Below are positions 18,651 through 27,235 of a stretch of 64,000 nt of DNA, piece by piece. The DNA is from an uncultured Anaerolineae bacterium (GTDB lineage Bacteria > Chloroflexota > Anaerolineae > JAADDB01), in assembly GCA_964402285.1 (NCBI GenBank), contig CAYOAZ010000043.1, positions 40,524-104,523 of the forward strand, written 5' to 3'. Each line of letters starts with the position of its first letter. The stretch's first letter is position 1. The notes under the pieces were generated by a model. It was not told where the DNA came from. It ran no database searches and worked only from the letters and a program-made list of their open reading frames with translations. A program made the translations under genes and the position numbers.

Positions 18651-21335
18651 TTATTCCTTCTGGGGTGAAGCGGTAGACTCCTTGGGTAGGTACAGGAATG
18701 CCCAGGTTAAGGCGGTAAGATATGCCAGGTCATCTAGGGCCCAAAATGCATCTACGAGTCCGCAAGCAAGACCGGCTAGTAAAGAGGCCTTTGCGGCTTG
18801 GGATATCCGGGTGGATGAAGGCCGTCGTAATGCTTGGAACAGCAGGTAAGCGAAGGCGAGAGTGCCGGGAATGCCTATTTCCGCGGCAGTGTGGAGTAGT
18901 ACGTTATGTGCATGGTAAAGCAGCGGCTCCCTCCACGCAGAGGGAAGGGCGTACATAGGGTACATCTGCGGGAAGTTCCCTACCCCCACACCTAGCCAGG
19001 GATGATGCTTGATCAGCGTCCACGTTCCTCGCCAGATGAGCCATCTGTGCTGTAGGGTGGTCCCTCCACGCCAGATCATAAATATTCCGCCCACCAGAAA
19101 GGCCAAACTCAGCCCCTTGGTTTTACCTGCCGAGGTAAAGCCCAATGCAAGTATGAGCGCCGGAATTCCCAAAAGCCACACACTTCGAGACCCGGTAAGG
19201 ACCAGGGTGACACCTATGAGCAACACGCTGATTTTTGCCTTAATATGTCCCGTGCCTGCGCGTGCGTGTATTAAGGCGAGCGGTAAGATACGTACAAGTA
19301 TAAGCGCTAGATGATTTGGGGAGCCAAAGAATCCGCGCAGGCGGAAAGGGGGTTGTCCGTCAAAGAGGTATATGAGGTTGGTAAGTGCTAGGAGGGTGCC
19401 ACTGACGGTGAATGTGGTGGTGAGTAGGGAGGGTATTCGCGTAGCCCATTGACTACCCTCACCCCAAATTCCAAACAAAATCACAATCACAAAAACCACA
19501 AAAGGCACCCCCACCCGTGTCCAAAAAATTCCCCATGAAGTCTCTCCAAACATTACTGCCACACCCAGCACACTAATAAATACCCCCAAACCCACCATCC
19601 AGTCCCATCGCCCCCAATGCCACTTCAGGCACACTCCACTCTTAAACCAAGCCGTCACAAAGGCAACTCCTGCGGCCAATCCTCCCAATACAGGCGGTGC
19701 TACAACCCACGGTCCTATCCTTACATACTGACTCGCAAAGGGGGCAAGTATTATGATGCTTCCCACACTGTACATGAAAAACTTGGTTGGAGGACTACAG
19801 GGTACAATGAGCGGAAACCTGATGTATCCGAATCGAATTCGATATAAAGCCACGCTCATCAATACAAAGCCTAAAACCAAGAAGAACACCTGTCTCTTAT
19901 CGCCATGTCCCGGCAAAGGCACAATTAGAGCCTTCAATGGCCAGATGGGATCACCCGGACCTTGAAGTACAGTGAGAACGTGAGAACGTCTGGTCAGGTT
20001 ATAGGCTAGGGGAACCACCAATGTGGTGGGATGTGGACGGTATAAGTTCAAATAAGCCCGTCCTTGCGCATCCTTGGGCAAAAGAGGCGCTGGCTGCCCA
20101 TCGATAGATACCCACACAATGTCCCACCGCGGACCAGCCTGAACCTCCAATGCCACAGCAGATCCCCAAAAGGAGAGGGTTATAGGAGGAAAGTTGTGTT
20201 GCAACTTGTGTGTTCCAACATCCATTGACGGAAGTTCTGCAATGGATTGCAGGGATGCCCATGCCGGTTGCGGCCGTCCGTTGGGTGACCATAAGGCAAA
20301 ACCCCACTCAGGGGCAGTTGAGGGTAAAGCGGGCCGAGCGTGTGTCCACAGCATGGGACCGACATAGGGGGCATGTGCTTTAACCCACTGATAAGCACGA
20401 CGCAAGTATTCCGCCTGCTGGGCACGCGAGACTTCCTTCCAGGGTGTACCTTGGGAAGACGCGTTCCATCCAAAAGCAACAAACCATATAGGTGTCTCGT
20501 CGTCGCCGAATTCCTGCATAATAGCCCGTGCCAATTCATAACGTCGGAAATTCAAGCGATTCTCATCAGGGGGCTCCTCCGGAGGATAATCAAAGCCGTA
20601 CGGTTCCCAGGCAAGAACATCGAACCACATGTTTGCCCCAAGGGTGTACAACTCCCGCAAATAGGCCAGATCATTTCGGTTTATACGCCCAGGATCTAGT
20701 GTTGGGGCCAGACCGGCGCTGAGAATCACCGCGTCTTCATCCACAGCCCGAATAGCAGTGGAGACAGATTTCAGCAAATACACATATCCCAAAGGGTCCG
20801 TCTCCCGATGTCCCCAATGGGGAGATATGTTTGGTTCGTCCCAAACTTGATAATAACGCACGTGTTCCCTGTAGCGACTCGCAAAGGCACGTGCAAAATG
20901 TGCCATGGTTTGGGGATCGCTAGGGGGAGCAAGAGGGTTATCCGCATCCTCTTGAGAGCGTGCCCAGGAAGGGCTTGTGTTCAAAAGGGCAATGAAGTAT
21001 AGGCCGGCTTGCTCAACATTCTGTACCCGCCGGTCCCATTCTGCCCAACGATATTGTCCAGGTATCGGTTCTATTTCCGACCACGGAATTTCCACCCGTA
21101 TCCAGAGGACACCGGATTCGGCTACGTCACGTAAGAATCGAGGGGTATCCAACGCCTCTGGGGGGAGGTTAAGCCCCGCACGAGGACGCAAAGCCAGGCG
21201 AGGAGTGAGGGGAGGCTCCCAGGTGGGATGGGTGACGTGGTGTAGGTGAACAAGGATAACGAGGAAGCCTGTAATGAGGAGCATGAAGGACAGCCAAAGT
21301 TGCCACCACTGTCCTCCATGCTCCTGGGTATTCAT
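18651..21335 (-). CDS. Membrane protein fusing an N-terminal signal-anchor, a clan GH-A (GH5/GH42-like) glycoside hydrolase domain, and a C-terminal O-antigen-ligase/Wzy_C-like polytopic domain
   Basis: The (beta/alpha)8 hydrolase signatures 'RVEIPWSEIEP..G.Y.W' and 'YYQVWDEPN' (NEP acid/base motif) are followed by ~12 TM helices. I moved the start to the ATG at 21335 ('MNTQEHGGQWWQLWLSFMLLITGF', which runs straight into a TM helix). That ATG overlaps the LarA-like stop as ATGA. The ORF-track start at 21473 would overlap the upstream gene by 142 nt. Confidence 0.65.
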   Translation of the reverse strand: MNTQEHGGQWWQLWLSFMLLITGFLVILVHLHHVTHPTWEPPLTPRLALRPRAGLNLPPEALDTPRFLRDVAESGVLWIRVEIPWSEIEPIPGQYRWAEWDRRVQNVEQAGLYFIALLNTSPSWARSQEDADNPLAPPSDPQTMAHFARAFASRYREHVRYYQVWDEPNISPHWGHRETDPLGYVYLLKSVSTAIRAVDEDAVILSAGLAPTLDPGRINRNDLAYLRELYTLGANMWFDVLAWEPYGFDYPPEEPPDENRLNFRRYELARAIMQEFGDDETPIWFVAFGWNASSQGTPWKEVSRAQQAEYLRRAYQWVKAHAPYVGPMLWTHARPALPSTAPEWGFALWSPNGRPQPAWASLQSIAELPSMDVGTHKLQHNFPPITLSFWGSAVALEVQAGPRWDIVWVSIDGQPAPLLPKDAQGRAYLNLYRPHPTTLVVPLAYNLTRRSHVLTVLQGPGDPIWPLKALIVPLPGHGDKRQVFFLVLGFVLMSVALYRIRFGYIRFPLIVPCSPPTKFFMYSVGSIIILAPFASQYVRIGPWVVAPPVLGGLAAGVAFVTAWFKSGVCLKWHWGRWDWMVGLGVFISVLGVAVMFGETSWGIFWTRVGVPFVVFVIVILFGIWGEGSQWATRIPSLLTTTFTVSGTLLALTNLIYLFDGQPPFRLRGFFGSPNHLALILVRILPLALIHARAGTGHIKAKISVLLIGVTLVLTGSRSVWLLGIPALILALGFTSAGKTKGLSLAFLVGGIFMIWRGGTTLQHRWLIWRGTWTLIKHHPWLGVGVGNFPQMYPMYALPSAWREPLLYHAHNVLLHTAAEIGIPGTLAFAYLLFQALRRPSSTRISQAAKASLLAGLACGLVDAFWALDDLAYLTALTWAFLYLPKESTASPQKE

Positions 21336-22594
21336 TTCTGATCCTTGAGACGATAGAGAACCTCGCCCGCCCGGGGAACCACTAAAAGGTCGGGATCGTG
21401 TTTGGCCCGTTCCATCCATTCCTGTACGTTGATGGTCTTGGGGTCGCGATAGCCCAAATTCACCTTCTCGCATCGCTCTTTCGGGATCCCCGTGGCCAGA
21501 GTCACCTTCACACGAGGCTTCTCTACCCCGTTCTCATACGTGCCAATACCTCGCAAATGAGTGGAGTGGGCAAGGATACCCCACGGATAGTGCTTAAATT
21601 TATCCCATTGTTTTACAAAGTAATCGCGCACGTGGTACCCCACCTCATCGATGAGTTTACCATGTGTGTATGAGATCTCTGTAATGTGCGGTGCATAGAT
21701 GATAACTTCGCCCCCGTCAGCCACAACCGGTTCCACCTTGTACATACCCTTTGCGGCTGTCCAGATGTCGTCGTACATTTCGGGCATAATTGAGAGCACA
21801 GTTTTAACTGGGTGGTCCAAATACTCAATATCCACTTGAGCGGACAAATCTGCTGCTTCAGACCATGCTTCTTCCGGTGAACCAACCCACACGCCCACCG
21901 CGTCCTCCCCGCGCACAACAAAGGTCACCGCGGCTTTGGGCATTCGTATAAACTCCGCAGCCCGATCGATCATGGCGCGTACGGGGGTATACTTGCGCCC
22001 GATAATTTCATAACTGGTGATTAAAGCACCCAGCCAGTGGGTTACGTTAATAATGTCCCAACCGGAGATGCCAGGGAAGAAATACTTATTTCCACCGGAA
22101 AACCCCACGACTTCATGGGGGAACACAGGACCGCAGATGATTACCTGGTCATAATCAAAAATCATGCGGTTAATATCTACGGGCACGTCTAGGGAAAGCA
22201 TACCTTGACTTAACTCTTCGACTTCAAAGCGAGGAATTGTACCTATACGGGTAAAAGTCCCTTCTTCATACCACGCGTGATTAAAAACACGGACGCCCGC
22301 GTACGTAGTCGTCATCTCCTCCGGTGTGACCCCTAATCGCTTATGAATGGCCTCCTCGGACATTGGTTGGTGCGTGCCCAAAGCAATAAGGTAATCCAAT
22401 GCTTTCACCTTACCCCACAATAACTCGTGGAAAAGGCGGAAGAACATATCTATGGGACCACTGCGCGTGCCATCGGGGATGATAAAGATGACACGCTTAC
22501 CCGCCAAATCGAGTTCCCCTAACCCTTTCTCCAAAACCGTCCGTACTTCATCCTCAGTTAACAGACGGTCTGTGTAGCCAATTCCAACGGTCAT
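21332..22594 (-). CDS. LarA-family (lactate racemase-like, DUF2088) protein: putative nickel-pincer-nucleotide-dependent 2-hydroxyacid racemase/epimerase
   Basis: 420 aa. 'VIFIIPDGTRSGP' (the LarA IPDxTR motif), 'LIALGTHQPMSEEAI', and later His/Lys-containing blocks. Its stop overlaps the next gene's start codon. Confidence 0.65.
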   Translation of the reverse strand: MTVGIGYTDRLLTEDEVRTVLEKGLGELDLAGKRVIFIIPDGTRSGPIDMFFRLFHELLWGKVKALDYLIALGTHQPMSEEAIHKRLGVTPEEMTTTYAGVRVFNHAWYEEGTFTRIGTIPRFEVEELSQGMLSLDVPVDINRMIFDYDQVIICGPVFPHEVVGFSGGNKYFFPGISGWDIINVTHWLGALITSYEIIGRKYTPVRAMIDRAAEFIRMPKAAVTFVVRGEDAVGVWVGSPEEAWSEAADLSAQVDIEYLDHPVKTVLSIMPEMYDDIWTAAKGMYKVEPVVADGGEVIIYAPHITEISYTHGKLIDEVGYHVRDYFVKQWDKFKHYPWGILAHSTHLRGIGTYENGVEKPRVKVTLATGIPKERCEKVNLGYRDPKTINVQEWMERAKHDPDLLVVPRAGEVLYRLKDQK

Positions 22595-22636
22595 TATTCC
22601 TCCTTTTGGTAGACCGTGTTGGGATATGGTGTGCAG

Positions 22637-23464
22637 TTACACACCACTAAATGCAGAGAATCCACCATCAATAGGTACTACTACACCTGTTACAAACGAG
22701 GACGCGTCAGACAGAAGCCAGACAACTGCTCCTACTAAATCCTCTGGATCGCCAAAACGGCCCATAGGTGTATGCTCGATAATGGTTTTCCCCCGAGGAG
22801 TTAGTTCGCCAGTTTCCTCATCAATGAGTAAGAAGCGATTTTGGTGCGTTAAAAAGAAACCTGGGGCTATCGCGTTCACCCGAATGCGCGGCGAATACTC
22901 TTGAGCCATATGTACTGCCAACCACTGAGTAAAGTTACTCACGGCAGCCTTTGCGGCAGAATAGGCGGGGATGCGCGTTAATGGGCGAAAGGCGTTCATG
23001 GAAGAGATGTTCAAAATCACCCCCTCACCTTTTTCAGCCATAACCTTGCCGAACACCTGAGAGGGAATAAAAGTGCCCAAGAAATTCAAATCAAAAACCC
23101 AGCGCACTGCATCAGCGGGCAAGTCGAAGAAAGGGAGATCGGGAGATGTGGTTGCTTGAGGTTTATTTCCCCCCGCGCCATTAATCAAGACGTCCACTGT
23201 TCCAAACCGGTCCAAAATGACATCGCGAGCGTGTTCCACACTGGATAAATCTAATACATCCGTTTTAACACCAATAGCCTCCCCCCCTTGCTCGACGATG
23301 TCATCAGCCACACGTTGAGCCGCCTCCTCTACAATGTCCAAAATTGCCAGCCGTGCTCCCATTTGACCCAACGCTCTAGACATCGTACCCACCAATACGC
23401 CGCCACCTCCGGTGGCAACAATGACTTTGCCCTTTAGGTTGAATGCATCCAGCGGTGTCGCCAT
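22637..23464 (-). CDS. Short-chain dehydrogenase/reductase (SDR) family oxidoreductase
   Basis: 275 aa. N-terminal Gly-rich Rossmann motif 'VATGGGGVLVG' and the catalytic 'YSAAKAAV' (YxxxK). Confidence 0.7.
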   Translation of the reverse strand: MATPLDAFNLKGKVIVATGGGGVLVGTMSRALGQMGARLAILDIVEEAAQRVADDIVEQGGEAIGVKTDVLDLSSVEHARDVILDRFGTVDVLINGAGGNKPQATTSPDLPFFDLPADAVRWVFDLNFLGTFIPSQVFGKVMAEKGEGVILNISSMNAFRPLTRIPAYSAAKAAVSNFTQWLAVHMAQEYSPRIRVNAIAPGFFLTHQNRFLLIDEETGELTPRGKTIIEHTPMGRFGDPEDLVGAVVWLLSDASSFVTGVVVPIDGGFSAFSGV

Positions 23465-23624
23465 GAGTCACCTCGCCACTTTTTAGGATACAATGTGTGT
23501 ACCACGAGAGTTTTGCACACGTTTGTAATGCCCATAATACCCCACCTGATTGGGGAAAGGCAAAACTTATTTCCCGACACAAGGAGAAGTGATCAACCAG
23601 TAGGGTCGTGATCAGGAGGATTTC

Positions 23625-24920
23625 CTACGATGTAGAAGGCTCTTTGTCCTGGGCCGGGCCGCGAGCCGCAGGAGGCAGGGTCTCTTGCGGAAGGGGATGT
23701 TGGGGTTTGATAAGATGCGGGTAAGGCGGTCTATCCAGAAGGTGGGCGTGGACATACTGGGCAATATGACGCAGTGTTGCTAAGGTTGGGGCGGCAAGAA
23801 AGGCGCCTAAGACACCGCCCACTTGTGCACCGACCACAATTCCCACAAGCACAATAAATGGGTGTAAGTGCACTGCACTTCCCACAATACGCGGCACAAG
23901 CAAATTGTTCTCCAACTGCTGGATAAGCGCATAAAGTCCCATAGTAATGAGCATGAATTCGAAGTGGTTCACGTGCAGGCGAGTAGATCCCTGAAGCAAA
24001 GCGACAACAACCGCGGGGATAGTGGCGAGAATAGGCCCTAAGTTCGGGATGACCTCCAATGCACCGGCTACCAACGCCAACGTGAAGGCTCCTGGCATAC
24101 CCACCAACGAAAGCCCAATCCAGGTCATAAAGAAGATGACAATGCAGAGAAAAACCTGCCCCCGCAAATAGCGACGCCACGTCTGAACGATGCGGTCGAT
24201 GAGACAGGCAATCTCCTGGTGATGTGTTTCTGGAAACAGTTCATACAAGCCAATGCGCAGACGTGGCGCTACCAAAAGTAGGTAGAAGGTGTAAAGGAGC
24301 GTTAGGAAAAAGGCAAAGAGTCCAGATATCATTTGCAGGATAAGGGCCCCAGCAAAGCCAGTTGCTCCAACAATGAAAGAGGTAGTTGTCATCAAAATGC
24401 CTTGCAGCGCTGTGATAATTTGGTTCATGTTTGGAATCGCCTGAATCCAAGCGCCACTTTGTAGCCATTCCAGCCACAAGCCTAAATAGGGGGTTAGGTC
24501 GTATGTATAGCCTAAGATACTCCCCTGCATGTAATGTTCCAGAAGGTGCGTCAACCACAAGTAGATGCTTAGGGCCCATGCTTGGGGATCAATGGGAATA
24601 GCCATAATTTGTTGGATAATTAGCGGTATGGCCACCGCAGGGACTAAGAGTAAACCGAGGAGGAAGAAAATGTACACAATAACTGTAGCAATAAATCGAG
24701 GCAAACGCAGTCGCGTCAGCAGATTAACAAAGGGATTAAGCAAAAACGCGATAATCACAGACCACACTAATAACGGTAAAACACCACGAGCCAAGTAAAT
24801 TAGCCCTACCAGAACAATAAGCCCCAGAGTTATCACATAACGTTTAGTCTCCGGAGACCAGGTCAGTTCTGGAGGCAACGTCACACGATGGGCAGGTATA
24901 TGCTTTTTCCCCTCACTCAT
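23625..24920 (-). CDS. AI-2E family transporter (PerM/YdiK-like, UPF0118)
   Basis: 431 aa, 8 TM helices or more. The conserved 'ALEVIPNLGPILATIPAVVVAL' block is typical of AI-2E. The exact start is uncertain. Confidence 0.6.
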   Translation of the reverse strand: MSEGKKHIPAHRVTLPPELTWSPETKRYVITLGLIVLVGLIYLARGVLPLLVWSVIIAFLLNPFVNLLTRLRLPRFIATVIVYIFFLLGLLLVPAVAIPLIIQQIMAIPIDPQAWALSIYLWLTHLLEHYMQGSILGYTYDLTPYLGLWLEWLQSGAWIQAIPNMNQIITALQGILMTTTSFIVGATGFAGALILQMISGLFAFFLTLLYTFYLLLVAPRLRIGLYELFPETHHQEIACLIDRIVQTWRRYLRGQVFLCIVIFFMTWIGLSLVGMPGAFTLALVAGALEVIPNLGPILATIPAVVVALLQGSTRLHVNHFEFMLITMGLYALIQQLENNLLVPRIVGSAVHLHPFIVLVGIVVGAQVGGVLGAFLAAPTLATLRHIAQYVHAHLLDRPPYPHLIKPQHPLPQETLPPAARGPAQDKEPSTS

Positions 24921-25942
24921 GGCTCGTTCACGCGCTTCACTTGGTTTATTAAGTTATGCCACATGTCGACTTCGTCGCTGCGGAAGGGATAATACAAGGC
25001 TATTCGGTCCAGGATTCCCTCATAACGTTCACGTAAAGCCACACCTAACCGTTCCCATGGCGCCTCAACAGCGTACACTGCCAGCATTTCATCGGTAATA
25101 AGTGCAGGCATTTCCTGCCACCGCTTGCGGGCAGCCAGATATGAAAGACGTTCACCTACATCTCCCCAACCATGCACATCTAATACTACCCGATATGAGG
25201 GCGTGCTAGCGTAAAAAGCAACCTGCTGACGTACCATCTCTCGCATGGCATCCATTTCTCGCTCATTACGACCGGTGATAACAAACACCGTGGAGGCAAG
25301 TTGGATATCCGAGCGCTGACGCCCTGCTGAACGCAATCCCTCCTCGAGGGCAGGCAAAAAGACATTTTTCATGTACAACACAGAGTGGAAAGGATGCACA
25401 TGGAAACCTTCGCAAAGTTCTCCAGCAAGACGAATAAGGCCCGGGTTCACACCAGCAATGTAAATGGGGATATGGGGATGTGATATAGGGCCGGGATCAA
25501 AGAAATCTGTCATCAAGGTAATTTTATAGAATCGCCCACGGAAGTTCAACCGAGTCCGGTTTTGCCATGCATCCCAAATGGCTCGCAGGGCAAGAATGTA
25601 CTCCCGTAATTTGGCCACAGGAGCCTCCCAGGTCATCCCAAAACGACGTTCGATATGCGCCTTGACCTGTGTCCCTAAGCCCAGCAAAAGCCGACCCTGA
25701 GAGTAGGCTTGGAGATCCCAAGCGACCTGAGCGGTCACCATGGGACTACGAGGAAAGGCGATGGCTACAGCCGTTCCCAGTGCGATGCGTTGGGAATGCT
25801 CTGCTGCCAACACTAACGGCAAAAATGGAGAATGCTTGGTTTCGCTACTCCACAGAGCATCAAACCCGGCGGTTTCAGCCGCACGAGTCAGGTGGGGCAT
25901 TTCGTTCAATTTTGGGATAAGTACAGATATATCAACGTTCAT
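24917..25942 (-). CDS. LLM-class (luciferase-like) flavin/F420-dependent oxidoreductase
   Basis: 341 aa. TIM-barrel LLM pattern ('FDALWSSE', 'GRLLLGLGTQ', 'HYPF'). It overlaps the transporter start by 4 nt. Confidence 0.65.
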   Translation of the reverse strand: MNVDISVLIPKLNEMPHLTRAAETAGFDALWSSETKHSPFLPLVLAAEHSQRIALGTAVAIAFPRSPMVTAQVAWDLQAYSQGRLLLGLGTQVKAHIERRFGMTWEAPVAKLREYILALRAIWDAWQNRTRLNFRGRFYKITLMTDFFDPGPISHPHIPIYIAGVNPGLIRLAGELCEGFHVHPFHSVLYMKNVFLPALEEGLRSAGRQRSDIQLASTVFVITGRNEREMDAMREMVRQQVAFYASTPSYRVVLDVHGWGDVGERLSYLAARKRWQEMPALITDEMLAVYAVEAPWERLGVALRERYEGILDRIALYYPFRSDEVDMWHNLINQVKRVNEP

Positions 25943-25957
25943 TATTGCTCCCAGTAT

Positions 25958-26929
25958 TCAGGGGCGCAAAAGCACTTTTAAGCGCCCCTGAGCATATGTA
26001 AACGCTTCAACGCCTTGCTCTAGGGGGAATTCGGTCTCAATGAGCGAAACCACATCAATGCGTCCTTCTTCAAGCAAACGAAGCGCCGGTGCAAAAGGAC
26101 CGCATCGAGAGCCTATTACCTGCACCTCATCTACTACAAGGGACGTCATGTCCACATTCAACGTTCCATGATAGGTACTTTTCACCACAAATGTACCCCG
26201 AGGACGAACTAACGCGCGAGCCGTCGCGAACCCTTCTGGAGTCCCTGTGCAATCCACTACAACGTCGGCTTTCCCATGAGGGGAAGGCAGTGACACCCCC
26301 CCATCTCTATCAGAAGACAAATAAATGCCCCGCATCCCCCACCGTTGTACTAATTCCAAACGTTGAGGGTGATGTCCAATGACTGTTACATCAGCACCAG
26401 TTAAATGAAGCACTTGGGCCACCAAAAGCCCTAACTTTCCATCCCCCACCACGGCCACGTAATCTGTGGGACGTAAGTGAATTTGCTCCCGAATCTCCAA
26501 CGCGGCTGCCAGCGGTTCCGTGAACACAGCCACTTCATCGGGCAAACTCGCCGGAACGAGGTGCAAGTTTTGCACAGGCAAAGTCAGATATTCAGCAAAC
26601 GCGCCGTCATGGCCGAAAATTCCCAAGGCAGAACGATGCTCACAATGGGTGGGCATCCCATGTGTACAGTAATAGCAAGTGCCACAGGTGATGTTGATCT
26701 CGCCCACAACCCGTTGTCCCACCCATTCCGCGGCAGGAGCCGCGACCACGTCCCCCACAAATTCATGGCCTAAAACTCCATGAAATCCCTTGTAACCGCG
26801 CACAATCTCCAGGTCTGTATTGCAAATACCAGCAAGGCGAACGCGAATCAAAGCTTCCCCATCTGTAGGAACAGGGTCTGGATAATCTGGCCGAAATGTC
26901 AACTGCTCGGTAAGCACTAATGCTTTCAT
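25958..26929 (-). CDS. Zn-dependent medium-chain alcohol dehydrogenase (MDR family)
   Basis: 'ICNTDLEIVRGY', 'GHEFVGDV' and the structural-zinc Cys cluster 'CGTCYYCTHGMPTHC'. I placed the start at 'MKALVL' (26929), which has AAGGAAA 8 nt upstream. The ORF-track start is 26962. Confidence 0.8.
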   Translation of the reverse strand: MKALVLTEQLTFRPDYPDPVPTDGEALIRVRLAGICNTDLEIVRGYKGFHGVLGHEFVGDVVAAPAAEWVGQRVVGEINITCGTCYYCTHGMPTHCEHRSALGIFGHDGAFAEYLTLPVQNLHLVPASLPDEVAVFTEPLAAALEIREQIHLRPTDYVAVVGDGKLGLLVAQVLHLTGADVTVIGHHPQRLELVQRWGMRGIYLSSDRDGGVSLPSPHGKADVVVDCTGTPEGFATARALVRPRGTFVVKSTYHGTLNVDMTSLVVDEVQVIGSRCGPFAPALRLLEEGRIDVVSLIETEFPLEQGVEAFTYAQGRLKVLLRP

Positions 26930-27095
26930 AACGCATTTCCTTATGGGGGAAAAATGACGCATCTGCTAAGTATCATATCCACTCCTTAACAGGATGCCAA
27001 ATTGACCTCACAGACAGCCGCCATCCCCCCAGTAAAAGTGCAATTTGACACCCGCATATCTTCCCCTTATAATAGCCCTCGGTTGTGGGTACTAC

Positions 27096-27168
27096 GGCCC
27101 ATTCGTCTAGTGGACTAGGACGCCGGCCTCTCAAGCCGGTAACAGGGGTTCGAACCCCCTATGGGCCA
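27096..27168 (+). tRNA. tRNA-Glu (anticodon CUC)
   Basis: 73-nt cloverleaf with a GGCCCAT/ATGGGCC acceptor stem and anticodon loop CTCTCAA. The T-arm GGGGTTCGAACCCCC is near-identical to E. coli tRNA-Glu. Confidence 0.9.
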
Positions 27169-27175
27169 CCTGTAG

Positions 27176-27220
27176 GCCGGGCTCGTGTGGTGGACGCGAG
27201 CCCGGCTTTTGCGCTTTTGC
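27176..27220 (+). terminator. Rho-independent terminator after the tRNA (GCCGGGCTCG / CGAGCCCGGC stem plus TTTTGCGCTTTT)
   Basis: 10-bp perfect stem (27176-27185 / 27197-27206), an 11-nt loop, and a U-rich tail. Confidence 0.7.
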
Positions 27221-27235
27221 AGGAGGTGTGAATTC

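Noticed and set aside
21336-21473. Longer start (21473) for the GH/ligase fusion gene
   Set aside because: It would overlap the LarA-like gene by 142 nt, and the extra residues are low-complexity. The ATG at 21335 gives a clean ATGA overlap and runs straight into a signal-anchor helix.
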